Below, one piece after another: positions 25,025 to 33,418 of a stretch of 59,818 bases of DNA (positions within the stretch are counted from its first letter, which is position 1; the number at the start of each line of letters is the position of its first letter). The stretch lies in NCBI GenBank assembly GCA_016180925.1, contig JACPAH010000002.1:1-59818 (forward strand), written 5' to 3'. The notes under the pieces were generated by a model. That model was given only the letters and a program-made list of their open reading frames with translations, did no database searches and was not told where the DNA came from. This DNA comes from Candidatus Aenigmatarchaeota archaeon (GTDB lineage: Archaea > Aenigmatarchaeota > Aenigmatarchaeia > GW2011-AR5). The position numbers and the translations under genes are program-made.

Positions 25025-25981
25025 ATGCCGCACAGAAACAGACCGAGACGGGGAACACTGCAGTACTGGCCTAGAAAGAGAGCCAAGAGAATATATCCCA
25101 GGACGAGCTTCTGGCCCGAATCCGCCGAAACGAAGCCGCTCGGCTTTGCCGGATGGAAGGCCGGGATGACGCACGTCCAGGCGGTCGACAATAATTCCAA
25201 GTCACCAACGTACGGCAAAATCATCTCAAGGCCTGTCACGGTCATTGATGCTCCTTCTCTGTTCGTTTGCGGTTTCCGCGCTTATAAAAAAACCGGCTCC
25301 GGCATGAAATGCATCGGCGAAAAATGGTCCGGCAGCATACCAAAGGAAGTTCATATTGAAAAAAAGACCGTCCCCGGAAAGAAGGCGCCGGAGATGAAAG
25401 ATTTCTCCGACATAAGGCTGATAGTTGCAACCCAGCCGGCCAAGAGCGGCATGCACAAGTCGAAGCCTGAAGTCTTCGAGATAGGCATAGGCGGCGGCAA
25501 GAAGCTGGAATATGCTGAAAGCGTCCTGGGCAGGGAGATAGGAATGAAGGACGCCTTCAAGCCCGGCGAGTTTGTCGACGTTTCCGCAGTCACCCAGGGC
25601 TACGGATACACAGGCCCGGTGAAGAGGTTCAACATACGCATACAGACCAGGAAGGACAAGCAGATGCACCGCCACGTCGGCAGCATAGGCTCCACAACCC
25701 CAAGGAAAGTCGACTGGCGTGTGCCGCAGGCAGGGCAGCACGGCTTCCATGCCAGGACGGAGTTCACGAAGAGGATAATGATGTTTGACGATGACGCCAC
25801 CAAGGTGATACCCGATGGGGGGTTTGTCGGCTACGGCATTCCAAAATCTTTCATACTGATTGAAGGCTCGGTGCCGGGCCCGAGGAAGCGCCTGATAAGG
25901 CTCAGGAAGGCAGTGAGGAAGAACAGCCCCGTCCCGGTGGAGATAAAATTCATATCAAGGGAGAGCAAGCAGGGCAGGTAA
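25025..25981 (+). CDS. rpl3: 50S ribosomal protein L3 (uL3)
   Basis: PRRGTLQYWPRKRA.. N-terminus, FAGWKAGMTHV; first gene of the conserved archaeal cluster. Confidence 0.93.
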   Translation: MPHRNRPRRGTLQYWPRKRAKRIYPRTSFWPESAETKPLGFAGWKAGMTHVQAVDNNSKSPTYGKIISRPVTVIDAPSLFVCGFRAYKKTGSGMKCIGEKWSGSIPKEVHIEKKTVPGKKAPEMKDFSDIRLIVATQPAKSGMHKSKPEVFEIGIGGGKKLEYAESVLGREIGMKDAFKPGEFVDVSAVTQGYGYTGPVKRFNIRIQTRKDKQMHRHVGSIGSTTPRKVDWRVPQAGQHGFHARTEFTKRIMMFDDDATKVIPDGGFVGYGIPKSFILIEGSVPGPRKRLIRLRKAVRKNSPVPVEIKFISRESKQGR

Positions 25982-26778
25982 TGATGAAAGCAAAAGTCTA
26001 TGACATGTCGGGCAAGGAAGCCGGCAGCGTAGAGCTGCCGCGAGTCTTTTCAACGCCTTACAGGCCGGACGTCATACGGAGAGCTGTCCTGTCGCAGCAG
26101 AGCAAGGGAAGGCAGAAATACGGGACAGACCCGCTGGCAGGAAAGCGCACTTCAGCGCACTACCACGGCCGCCGGAAATACAGGTTCACCATGATGAACA
26201 AGGAGCTCTCAAGGATACCCAGGATACACGGGAAGGGCGCGGGCATGTACGCCTACCGGGCGCGGTTCGCGCCGCATGCGGTAAAAGGCAGGATGGCGCA
26301 TCCCCCGAAGGCCGACAAGAACTGGGCCCAGGGAATAAACGACAAGGAGCGCAGGCTTGCCATAAAGTCCGGCATAGCCGCGTCCGCGGTCAAGGAGCTC
26401 CTGGAAAGAAGAAGCCATCTGGCGCTCCAGTCGCCTTATATTTTCACGGACGAGTTCGAGGGGCTCAAGAAATCGAAGCAGGTGAAGGAGCTCCTGGAAA
26501 AGGTCATGCCAGAGGAGCTTGAAAGGTCGGAGAAGAAAAAGCTCAGGGCAGGCCGCGGGAAGATGCGCAACAGGAAGTACGCCAAGAGGAAAGGGCCGCT
26601 CGTGGTCGTTTCATCCAACAGCGACGTGATAAAGGCCGCGAGGAACGTTCCCGGCATTGACGCCGTGTCGGTGCAGAACCTGAACGCAGAGCTTCTCGCG
26701 CCAGGGACGCATGCCGGAAGGGTGATGGTAATCACGAAGGCCGGGCTTTTGAAGATGAAGGAGATATTCGGTGAATAA
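25981..26778 (+). CDS. rpl4: 50S ribosomal protein L4 (uL4)
   Basis: cluster position; ..PDVIRRAVLSQQSKGRQKYGTDPLAGKRTSA.. typical of archaeal L4. Confidence 0.9.
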   Translation: MMKAKVYDMSGKEAGSVELPRVFSTPYRPDVIRRAVLSQQSKGRQKYGTDPLAGKRTSAHYHGRRKYRFTMMNKELSRIPRIHGKGAGMYAYRARFAPHAVKGRMAHPPKADKNWAQGINDKERRLAIKSGIAASAVKELLERRSHLALQSPYIFTDEFEGLKKSKQVKELLEKVMPEELERSEKKKLRAGRGKMRNRKYAKRKGPLVVVSSNSDVIKAARNVPGIDAVSVQNLNAELLAPGTHAGRVMVITKAGLLKMKEIFGE

Positions 26779-26779
26779 A

Positions 26780-27133
26780 ATGGCTGAAGAAAAGAAAAGC
26801 GCCGCGAAATCCGTGAAACAGGTGACGAAAAAGCCGAAGAAGGAAGAGAAGAAAGGGGAATTCAAGTTTGACGGCCAGCCTTACGAGACGATAAAGTTCG
26901 TCCTCATGACGGAAAAGGCCGTGCGCTTCATAGAGACGCAGAACAGGCTGATTTTCGTCGTGGACAGGAAAGCCGGAAAGGACGAAATAAAGGGAGCGGT
27001 GCAGGCGGCATTCCAGTCGAAGGTCAGCGACGTCAACGTGCTGATAGACCAGAAAGGACGGAAGAGGGCTTTCGTGAAGTTCGAAAAGCCCGGAGAGGCG
27101 GGGGAAATAGCAATACGCCTCGGAATCATATGA
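26780..27133 (+). CDS. rpl23: 50S ribosomal protein L23 (uL23) with a Lys-rich N-terminal extension
   Basis: ..LMTEKAVRFIE..N.LIFVVD..A.K.EIK.AV...F..KV..VN motif; ATG preceded by GGTGA (alternative GTG at 26771). Confidence 0.88.
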   Translation: MAEEKKSAAKSVKQVTKKPKKEEKKGEFKFDGQPYETIKFVLMTEKAVRFIETQNRLIFVVDRKAGKDEIKGAVQAAFQSKVSDVNVLIDQKGRKRAFVKFEKPGEAGEIAIRLGII

Positions 27134-27143
27134 TGGTGTTCAA

Positions 27144-27830
27144 ATGGGAAAAAATCTAAGGCAGCAGAGGAGAGGGAAGGCGAATCCCAGGTACACGTCG
27201 CCGGGCCACAGGTACATGGGAGACGTGAGCTACAGGAAGTTCTCTCTTGGCGAGGTCGTGGACATAGTCCATGCTCCAGGAAGAAGGTCGCCCCTGGCTG
27301 TCGTTGATTCCGGCGGGCAGAAGTCCCTTTTCCTTGCGACGGACGGGATGCAGGTGGGCCAGAAAATAGGACACGACTTCGCGCAGGGAAACCTGGTCGA
27401 ACTTTCCAATATACCGGAAGGCACGAAGATATGCAATATTGAGCTTAATCCCGGAGACGGCGGAAAATTATGCAGGGCGTCAGGCGCATTCGCGATGCTG
27501 GTGACGAAGGACGGCAACAGGTGCACCCTTCTTATGCCTTCGAAGAAGAAGAAGGTTGTTTCGGCAAGATGCCGCGCCACAGTCGGCACTGTAGCGTCTT
27601 CCGGACGGACAGAGAAGCCCTTCATGAAGGCGGGCACGAAGCACCATGCCATGATGGCTCTCGGAAGAGTGTACCCGCACACGGCCGGGGTGAGCATGAA
27701 CGCGGTGGACCATCCATTCGGCGGCCAGACAAGGCCCGGCAAGGTCAAGACCGTTTCGAGGAACATGCCGCCCGGTAAGAAGGTAGGAAGCATATCTCCT
27801 TCGAGGACGGGAAAGAAGAAGAGGAAGTAA
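27144..27830 (+). CDS. rpl2: 50S ribosomal protein L2 (uL2)
   Basis: ..GGKLCRASGAFA.., MNAVDHPFGG motifs. Confidence 0.93.
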   Translation: MGKNLRQQRRGKANPRYTSPGHRYMGDVSYRKFSLGEVVDIVHAPGRRSPLAVVDSGGQKSLFLATDGMQVGQKIGHDFAQGNLVELSNIPEGTKICNIELNPGDGGKLCRASGAFAMLVTKDGNRCTLLMPSKKKKVVSARCRATVGTVASSGRTEKPFMKAGTKHHAMMALGRVYPHTAGVSMNAVDHPFGGQTRPGKVKTVSRNMPPGKKVGSISPSRTGKKKRK

Positions 27831-27850
27831 AATGGCAAATGAAACAAATT

Positions 27851-27915
27851 TCATTTCAATTGCTCAAAGACCGAAGGTCTTTGGCATCTCAAAAGGGCAA
27901 AGCTCTTTTGCAGAT
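27851..27915. repeat. family double hairpin in the L2-S19 spacer (TCATTTCAATTGCT, CAAAGACC-gaa-GGTCTTTG, GCATCT, CAAAAGGGC-aaa-GCTCTTTTG, CAGAT)
   Basis: read directly; homologous flank-to-flank with 29047-29111. Confidence 0.7.
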
Positions 27916-27947
27916 TCAAAAACAGAAATCTGTGTGGTGTCTTAGAA

Positions 27948-28337
27948 ATGGCAAAGAAATTCATGCTGCGAGGCAAGACGCTTGAGGAGCTCAACGAGAT
28001 GAACCTCGAGGAGCTGTCAAAGCTCTTCACCGCGCGCGAAAGGCGCGCCCTCAAGAGGGGAATGCCGGAAATCCACAAGAAGCTCCTTGAAAAGATACGC
28101 AGCTCAAGGGGCAAGGACAAGCTCATAAGGACGCACGCAAGGGACATGGTAATCCTGCCGGAAATGGTGGGAGCCAAGCTCGGCATCCACAGCGGCGGCG
28201 AGTTCCAGATGGTAATAGTAAACGAGAGCATGATAGGGCACAGGCTCGGCGAGTTCGTGATGACACGAAAGCGCGTCAAGCACTCGTCGCCCGGGCTCGG
28301 AGCAACCAGGTCCAGCAAGTTCGTGCCTCTCAAGTGA
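27948..28337 (+). CDS. rps19: 30S ribosomal protein S19 (uS19)
   Basis: ..RRALKRG...H.KLL.K.R......IRTH.RDM.ILPEMVG..LGIH.G..F..V. Confidence 0.92.
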   Translation: MAKKFMLRGKTLEELNEMNLEELSKLFTARERRALKRGMPEIHKKLLEKIRSSRGKDKLIRTHARDMVILPEMVGAKLGIHSGGEFQMVIVNESMIGHRLGEFVMTRKRVKHSSPGLGATRSSKFVPLK

Positions 28338-28349
28338 TGTGCTCTTAAT

Positions 28350-28580
28350 ATGAACGACGTAAGAATCGAAAGAACCGGAAAGGATTCATTCAGGGTAGGC
28401 GACAGGGAAGTCAGGACGCTGAAAGTAGGCTCGGACATATTTCCCGTGAGGACATATGTCTTTGACATGAAAACAGAGGAGTATCTGGGAGAATTTTACG
28501 GAAGCCCGCTACCGTCATTTCCGGAGCTGGATATGGAGTTCAGAGAAGGCTTGATAAGAGTAGTATACGGAAGAGAGTGA
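28350..28580 (+). CDS. 76-aa protein of unknown function inserted between rps19 and rpl22
   Basis: ORF track; 12-nt and 4-nt spacers to its neighbours; no motif recognised. Confidence 0.5.
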   Translation: MNDVRIERTGKDSFRVGDREVRTLKVGSDIFPVRTYVFDMKTEEYLGEFYGSPLPSFPELDMEFREGLIRVVYGRE

Positions 28581-28584
28581 CAAT

Positions 28585-29031
28585 ATGCCATACACGTTCA
28601 ATCCCGAGGAAAAGCACGCGAAAGCGTACAGCACCCTCCCGATATCGGTCAAGTCGGCCGAGCTGTTGTGCAGGGTGATACGCAAGAAGCCTCTCAGGAG
28701 GGTGAAAAGGCTGCTTTCCGATCTGGAGTCGCGGAGAAGGAGCCTGGGAGGCAAGTACCACTCCAACGCAGTGTCCAACATCAAGAAGCTCGTGGAGAGC
28801 TGCGAAAAGAACGCCGAGTTCCTCGGCCTTGACAACGAGAGGCTCATGGTGCACGCGTCCGCCCACGAAGGCATGAGGATAAGGAGAAGGAGGAGAAAAG
28901 GGAAGTTCGGAAACAGGATGAAGCGGGCCAACATCGAGGTCATGCTGATAGAAAGCGGCAGGAGCGACAGGGTGCCCAGGGAGAAGCTCAAGAAACAGAT
29001 GGAAGCGAAGAAAGAGGATGAGAAGAAATGA
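28585..29031 (+). CDS. rpl22: 50S ribosomal protein L22 (uL22)
   Basis: cluster position and ..ISVKSAELLCRVIRKKPL..V..LL.. pattern. Confidence 0.9.
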   Translation: MPYTFNPEEKHAKAYSTLPISVKSAELLCRVIRKKPLRRVKRLLSDLESRRRSLGGKYHSNAVSNIKKLVESCEKNAEFLGLDNERLMVHASAHEGMRIRRRRRKGKFGNRMKRANIEVMLIESGRSDRVPREKLKKQMEAKKEDEKK

Positions 29032-29046
29032 GAAACGGAATAATAT

Positions 29047-29111
29047 TCCATTTCATTGCCCAGAGAACTCCTGTTCTCTGGCATCTCAAAAGAGACACCT
29101 CTTTTGCAGAT
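29047..29111. repeat. family double hairpin in the L22-S3 spacer (TCCATTTCATTGC, CCAGAGAAC-tcct-GTTCTCTGG, CATCT, CAAAAGAG-acac-CTCTTTTG, CAGAT)
   Basis: read directly; homologous to 27851-27915. Confidence 0.7.
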
Positions 29112-29143
29112 TTCGAAACGAAAGACTCGAAGGTGTTTCAAAA

Positions 29144-29812
29144 ATGAAGGAACGGATATTCATACAGAAAGCGAAGGAGCAGATAGAACTTGAGGAGTTC
29201 ATACGCTCCCAGTTCAGGCAGGCGAAGGTCGGGGACATCGAGATACAGCACACGCCTGTCGTCACCAGGATAGTGCTCTACACCACGACTCCCGGCCTCA
29301 TCATAGGCAGCGGCGGGGAGCGCATAAAGGAAATGGCGGAAACCATAAAGAGCAAATACAAGATAGACAACCCGCAGATAGATGTCCAGAAGATAGAGGA
29401 CGCCGACCTGGACCCGGTGATATCCGCTCAGTCCATAGCAAACCAGATAGAGGGCGGCGTCAACTACAAGAGGCTGGGAAATTATTATCTCGACAGGATA
29501 ATGCAGGCAGGGGCCACTGGATGCGAAATCATAATAACAGGAAAGCTTTCCGGCGAGAGGTCCAGAAGGGAGAGGTTCTACGCCGGATACCTGAAGAAGT
29601 GCGGCGAGCCCGCAAGAAGGGAGGTCATGAAGGGCTTCGCCCTCGCCAACCCCAAACTGGGGAATATAGGGATAACGGTGAAGATAATGACGACGCGCCC
29701 GGACAATATCATGAGCATAAGAGAGCCGCAGCCTCGCAACGAAGAGGCCAGACAACAGGAGAAGACGAAAGATGGCAATACTCAGGATGAAGAAAATAAG
29801 GGAAATGAGTGA
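29144..29812 (+). CDS. rps3: 30S ribosomal protein S3 (uS3)
   Basis: KH-domain GLIIGSGGERIKE and GCEIIITGKLSGERSR motifs; the ORF begins at 29018 but its first 42 codons are the hairpin spacer, so the start is set at MKERIF. Confidence 0.9.
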   Translation: MKERIFIQKAKEQIELEEFIRSQFRQAKVGDIEIQHTPVVTRIVLYTTTPGLIIGSGGERIKEMAETIKSKYKIDNPQIDVQKIEDADLDPVISAQSIANQIEGGVNYKRLGNYYLDRIMQAGATGCEIIITGKLSGERSRRERFYAGYLKKCGEPARREVMKGFALANPKLGNIGITVKIMTTRPDNIMSIREPQPRNEEARQQEKTKDGNTQDEENKGNE

Positions 29813-29996
29813 GAAAGAACTCGAAGAGAAGAGAGGGGAACTGATGCTGGAGAAGTCAAAGGAGACAGCGTCGGCAGAGATAGGCGGCACCGTGAAGAAT
29901 CCGGGCAGGATACGCGAGATAAAGAGGACAATTGCCAGGATGAAGACACACGCCTCCGCGAAAGCCGGCGAAAAGCCAAGAGGTGAGCGCAAGTAA
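29772..29996 (+). CDS. rpl29: 50S ribosomal protein L29 (uL29)
   Basis: MAILRMKKIREMSEKELEEK..EL N-terminus typical of L29; overlaps the S3 tail by 41 nt. Confidence 0.88.
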   Translation: MAILRMKKIREMSEKELEEKRGELMLEKSKETASAEIGGTVKNPGRIREIKRTIARMKTHASAKAGEKPRGERK

Positions 29997-30298
29997 TGGT
30001 ATGCCCCAAGTGCGGCCTCCCGGAGGAACTTTGCGTTTGCGAGGTCATAGCAAAGGAAGTCCAGAAAATAAAGATAACCTTCACGCAGAAAAGGTACGGA
30101 AAGTACGTTACCATCATAAGGGGCATCGACCCGAAAAAGATAGACCTGAAGGAGCTCATGAGGAAGCTGAAGTCGAAGCTTGCATGCGGAGGCACATACA
30201 AGAACGGCGAAATAGAGCTCCAGGGCGACCACAGGGAAAGGGTGAAGAAAATACTGATAGAGGAAGGCTTCCAGAAGGACATAATCGAGGTGGCATGA
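29996..30298 (+). CDS. translation initiation factor aSUI1 (eIF1 homologue)
   Basis: N-terminal CPKCG..C.C zinc motif plus the SUI1 fold pattern ..RYGK.VTII.GID....DLKEL.RKLKSKLACGGT...G.IELQGDHRE.V. Confidence 0.88.
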   Translation: MVCPKCGLPEELCVCEVIAKEVQKIKITFTQKRYGKYVTIIRGIDPKKIDLKELMRKLKSKLACGGTYKNGEIELQGDHRERVKKILIEEGFQKDIIEVA

Positions 30299-30573
30299 TG
30301 AGGACGCCCGAGAACATACTGATGCACGAGCTCATAGGGCTCAGGTGCGAGGTCGTGGCGTCCCTCAACAGGTCCCAGACCGGGATTTCCGGAAGCATCG
30401 TCGACGAGACGATGAAAAGCATCGTCATCGAGACCGCGGCCGGGAGGAAGACGGTGCTGAAAAGCGGCACGATATTCCGCGTCTCGTCGGGCTCATGGAA
30501 GGCCGACATCGACGGCAGCGCGATATTGGCAAGAAGCGAGGACAGGATAAAGAAAAGGATTTCAAGATGGTGA
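30295..30573 (+). CDS. rnp1: RNase P protein component 1 (Rpp29/Pop4 homologue)
   Basis: ..HELIGL...VV.S.N....GISG.IVDETMKSIVIET......V.K....F pattern; conserved position between SUI1 and S17; start at the ATGATG overlapping the SUI1 stop. Confidence 0.85.
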   Translation: MMRTPENILMHELIGLRCEVVASLNRSQTGISGSIVDETMKSIVIETAAGRKTVLKSGTIFRVSSGSWKADIDGSAILARSEDRIKKRISRW

Positions 30574-30580
30574 AGAAAAT

Positions 30581-30607
30581 TGCAAATGGAATACAATTCC
30601 ATTTGAT
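30581..30607. repeat. single family hairpin TG-CAAATGGAAT-aca-ATTCCATTTG-AT in the Rpp29-S17 spacer
   Basis: read directly. Confidence 0.5.
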
Positions 30608-30639
30608 TTTTGAAAAAGAAATTTAAGAGGTTTTCAGAA

Positions 30640-30972
30640 ATGAAAAAGAAAAAAGTCAATGATATCGGGCTCGAGGCCAAGGCTCCGGCCGGCGTCTGCG
30701 ACGGCGAGAAGTGCCCGTGGCACGGGCGGCTGAAGATACGCGGCAGGATATTCGAGGGAAAAATCGTCTCAAGCAAGCCGGCCAACACCGCCATAATCTC
30801 GTGGAACTACTACAAGTACGTGCCGAAATACGAGAGATACGAGAGGAGAAAGACGAAGATAGAGTCCCACAACCCGAAGTGCATAGACGCCAGGGCCGGC
30901 GACATGGTGAGGATAGGGGAATGCAGGCCGATTTCCAAGTCGAAAAGATTCGTGGTATTTGAAAAATTGTGA
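30640..30972 (+). CDS. rps17: 30S ribosomal protein S17 (uS17)
   Basis: ..C.D..CPWHG.LKIRGR.F.G.VVS.K...T..I....Y.YV.KYERYE.R..K..HNP.C; start set at the second ATG. Confidence 0.9.
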   Translation: MKKKKVNDIGLEAKAPAGVCDGEKCPWHGRLKIRGRIFEGKIVSSKPANTAIISWNYYKYVPKYERYERRKTKIESHNPKCIDARAGDMVRIGECRPISKSKRFVVFEKL

Positions 30973-31045
30973 TAGAAATGACAATAAATTTTTCGAATAT
31001 ACAGGATGAAAACATCCTGAAAATACCTGAGAAGGTGCCGGAAGA

Positions 31046-31447
31046 ATGAAAGCGATAACATCGAATATTGTGAAAGGAATACCCCTAGGGTCAAGGCTGG
31101 TATGCGCCGACAATTCCGGAGCAAAGGAGCTCGAGCTGATAGCCGTAAAAGGATACAAGGGAAGGCTGCGAAGGCTCCCGAAGGCCGGGGTGGGCGACGT
31201 CATAATATGCAGCGTCAAGAAGGGCAAGGAAAAGATAAGGAAGACTGTCGTTTATGCCGTCGTAGTAAGGCAGAAAAAGGAGTACATGCGCATGGACGGC
31301 TCGAGGGTGAAATTCGAGGACAACGCGGCGATACTCGTGAACCCCAAGACATTCGAGCCGCAGGGCACTGAAATAAGGACGGTCATAGCGAAGGAGGCAG
31401 TTGAAAGGTTCTCTGCCATAGGGAAGATAGCCAGCGTGGTGCTGTGA
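31046..31447 (+). CDS. rpl14: 50S ribosomal protein L14 (uL14)
   Basis: ..L.CADNSGAKEL..I.V.GY.G...R.P.AGVGD... Confidence 0.93.
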   Translation: MKAITSNIVKGIPLGSRLVCADNSGAKELELIAVKGYKGRLRRLPKAGVGDVIICSVKKGKEKIRKTVVYAVVVRQKKEYMRMDGSRVKFEDNAAILVNPKTFEPQGTEIRTVIAKEAVERFSAIGKIASVVL

Positions 31448-31452
31448 TAATC

Positions 31453-31848
31453 ATGAAGAAAAAATACTCTCCTGCATGGAAGAGCAGCGTCCAGAGAAGG
31501 AAGCAGAGGAAATACAGGTACAACGCCCCGCTCCATGCAAGGCACAAGATGCTGTCGGCACATCTCAGCAGGGAACTGCGCAAGGATTTCGGCTTCCGCT
31601 CAATGGCACTGAGGAAGGGCGATGAAGTGACAGTGATGAACGGCGAGAACAGGAAAATGAAGGGGAGCGTGACAAGGGTCGACATGAAGAGCCTGAAGGT
31701 TTATGTTGATGGAATAAAGAAAAGGAAGGTTTCGGGGCAGGAAGTCGAGATTCCCATCGACCCCAGCAACCTCAAGATAACGAAGCTCAACCTCGAGGAC
31801 CCGAAAAGGAAGAAGATTGCCGAGAGGAAAAAAGGAGCGGCCAAATAG
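31453..31848 (+). CDS. rpl24: 50S ribosomal protein L24 (uL24)
   Basis: KOW motif ..LRKGDEV.VM.G...G..G.V..VD; ATG chosen over the overlapping GTG at 31444. Confidence 0.88.
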   Translation: MKKKYSPAWKSSVQRRKQRKYRYNAPLHARHKMLSAHLSRELRKDFGFRSMALRKGDEVTVMNGENRKMKGSVTRVDMKSLKVYVDGIKKRKVSGQEVEIPIDPSNLKITKLNLEDPKRKKIAERKKGAAK

Positions 31849-31902
31849 AGGTGTTTGAATGGTTCAGCTAAAAATTCAAGACGAAAAGGGTTCCGCTTTA
31901 TG

Positions 31903-32016
31903 TGCAACGGCATTGAAAACCTCTGTCTTTAGACAGAGAATGAAACACAATGCCGTTGACATGACAAAGATGTTAGAAACCGGCATCTTTAGATGCCGGA
32001 GATATAAACATCTTTG
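31903..32016. repeat. enlarged family unit: two long outer stems (CAACGGCATTG/CAATGCCGTTG; CAAAGATGTT/AACATCTTTG), each enclosing an inner hairpin, joined by ACATGA
   Basis: read directly; lies in the 198-nt L24-S4e spacer. Confidence 0.65.
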
Positions 32017-32046
32017 CTCATTTTTAGCTTTGCATGAGGTGCTAGA

Positions 32047-32742
32047 ATGACTCAGCTAAAAAGGCTAAAGGCGCCAAGCTTCTGGCCTGTGGAGAGAAAG
32101 AACAGGAAATACATAGTCCCGCCCGTGCCGGGCGCCCATTCCGTCCAGAACTCCATGCCGCTCGGGGTCGTCCTGAGGGACGTGCTCAAATGCGCAAAGA
32201 CGATGAAGGAGGCAAGATACATACTCAACAGGGGGCTTGTCAGCATAGACGGCGCCAGGAAGAAGGACAAGAACTTCGGCGCCGGCGTCATGGACGTCCT
32301 GAAGGTCGGTGACGACTCTTACAGGATAATACCCGGCAAGGCCGGATTCAGGTTCCAGAAAGTGAGCGGCGGCGAGGCCACGTTCAAGCTCATGAGGGTA
32401 AGGAACAAGAAAACCCTGCGAAAGGGCAGGACGCAGATAAACTTCCATGACGGCAGGAACATGATAGTCAGCAAAGACGAATTCAGGACCGGCGACGTCG
32501 TCGTCTTCGACTTCCAGAAGAAGGAGATAAAGCAAAAAATAAAATTCGAGGAAGGCTCGACCATAGTCGTCATGAAGGGACGCAGCCGCGGGGCCGTCGG
32601 GAAGATAGACGGGATAAAAACAACGAAAGGCTCCAAGCCGAACGAGGTCACGGTGAGCATAGGCTCCGGCAGCATAGTGCTCCCGAAGGATTACGTCTTC
32701 GTAATAGGGCCCGACAAGCCCGTCATCACGATGGGTGAGTAA
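32047..32742 (+). CDS. rps4e: 30S ribosomal protein S4e (eS4)
   Basis: LKRL.AP..WP..RK..K....P.PG.H....S.PL..VLRD.L. Confidence 0.92.
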   Translation: MTQLKRLKAPSFWPVERKNRKYIVPPVPGAHSVQNSMPLGVVLRDVLKCAKTMKEARYILNRGLVSIDGARKKDKNFGAGVMDVLKVGDDSYRIIPGKAGFRFQKVSGGEATFKLMRVRNKKTLRKGRTQINFHDGRNMIVSKDEFRTGDVVVFDFQKKEIKQKIKFEEGSTIVVMKGRSRGAVGKIDGIKTTKGSKPNEVTVSIGSGSIVLPKDYVFVIGPDKPVITMGE

Positions 32743-32745
32743 GGA

Positions 32746-33240
32746 ATGAACAAAATGATCGATATAAGGATAGAGAAAATAACGCTGAACATAGGCTGCG
32801 GAACGGACACTCCGGTGAACGTCGCCAGGCAGGTCCTCGAGAGGATAACGGGGAAAAAGGTCGTGATAACGAGAACCAAGAAGAGGACGACCTTCAATGT
32901 CCCGAAGGACAAGGACATAGGCTGCAAGACGACGATACGCAGCGGCTCCGAGGAGTTCCTCAGAAGGATGCTGGATGCAGTGGACAACAGGCTGAAGGAG
33001 AACAGCTTCGACAGCACGGGAAACTTCTCCTTCGGCATAAAGGGCTACATAGACATACCGCAGATGGAATACGACCCCAAGATAGGCGTACTGGGGCTGG
33101 ACGTATGCGTGACGCTGGAGAGGCCCGGCTACAGGGTGAAGAGGAAGAAGCTGTCGAAGAAACTAGGGAAATCCCACGTCATAAAAAAGCCTGACGCGGT
33201 TGACTACATGAGGAACAAATTCGGGGTTGCAATAACGTGA
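32746..33240 (+). CDS. rpl5: 50S ribosomal protein L5 (uL5)
   Basis: ..I.IEKI.LN.G.G......A..VLE.ITG.K.V.T...K....F. Confidence 0.92.
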   Translation: MNKMIDIRIEKITLNIGCGTDTPVNVARQVLERITGKKVVITRTKKRTTFNVPKDKDIGCKTTIRSGSEEFLRRMLDAVDNRLKENSFDSTGNFSFGIKGYIDIPQMEYDPKIGVLGLDVCVTLERPGYRVKRKKLSKKLGKSHVIKKPDAVDYMRNKFGVAIT

Positions 33241-33250
33241 CGGTGATGGA

Positions 33251-33412
33251 ATGGTCAGAACGAAAGCGATAAAAAGAAAGTATGGAAAAGGCTCAAAGAA
33301 GTGCGTGAAGTGTGGGAGCATGAAGGGCATAATACGCAAGTATAACCTCGCATACTGCAGGCGGTGCTTCAGGGAGGTCGCGCCGCAAATCGGGTTCAGG
33401 AAATACAGGTGA
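33251..33412 (+). CDS. rps14: 30S ribosomal protein S14 (uS14, zinc type; 53 aa, below the ORF-track cut-off)
   Basis: hand translation [53 protein letters not shown] with the C..C...C..C zinc motif. Confidence 0.88.
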   Translation: MVRTKAIKRKYGKGSKKCVKCGSMKGIIRKYNLAYCRRCFREVAPQIGFRKYR

Positions 33413-33418
33413 CGAAAA

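Noticed and set aside
29138-30232. 364-aa ORF on the - strand
   Set aside because: It is antisense to rps3, rpl29 and aSUI1, all of which have strong family motifs. Its translation is low-complexity (Leu/Phe/Ser/Tyr-rich) with no motif, which is a typical shadow ORF.
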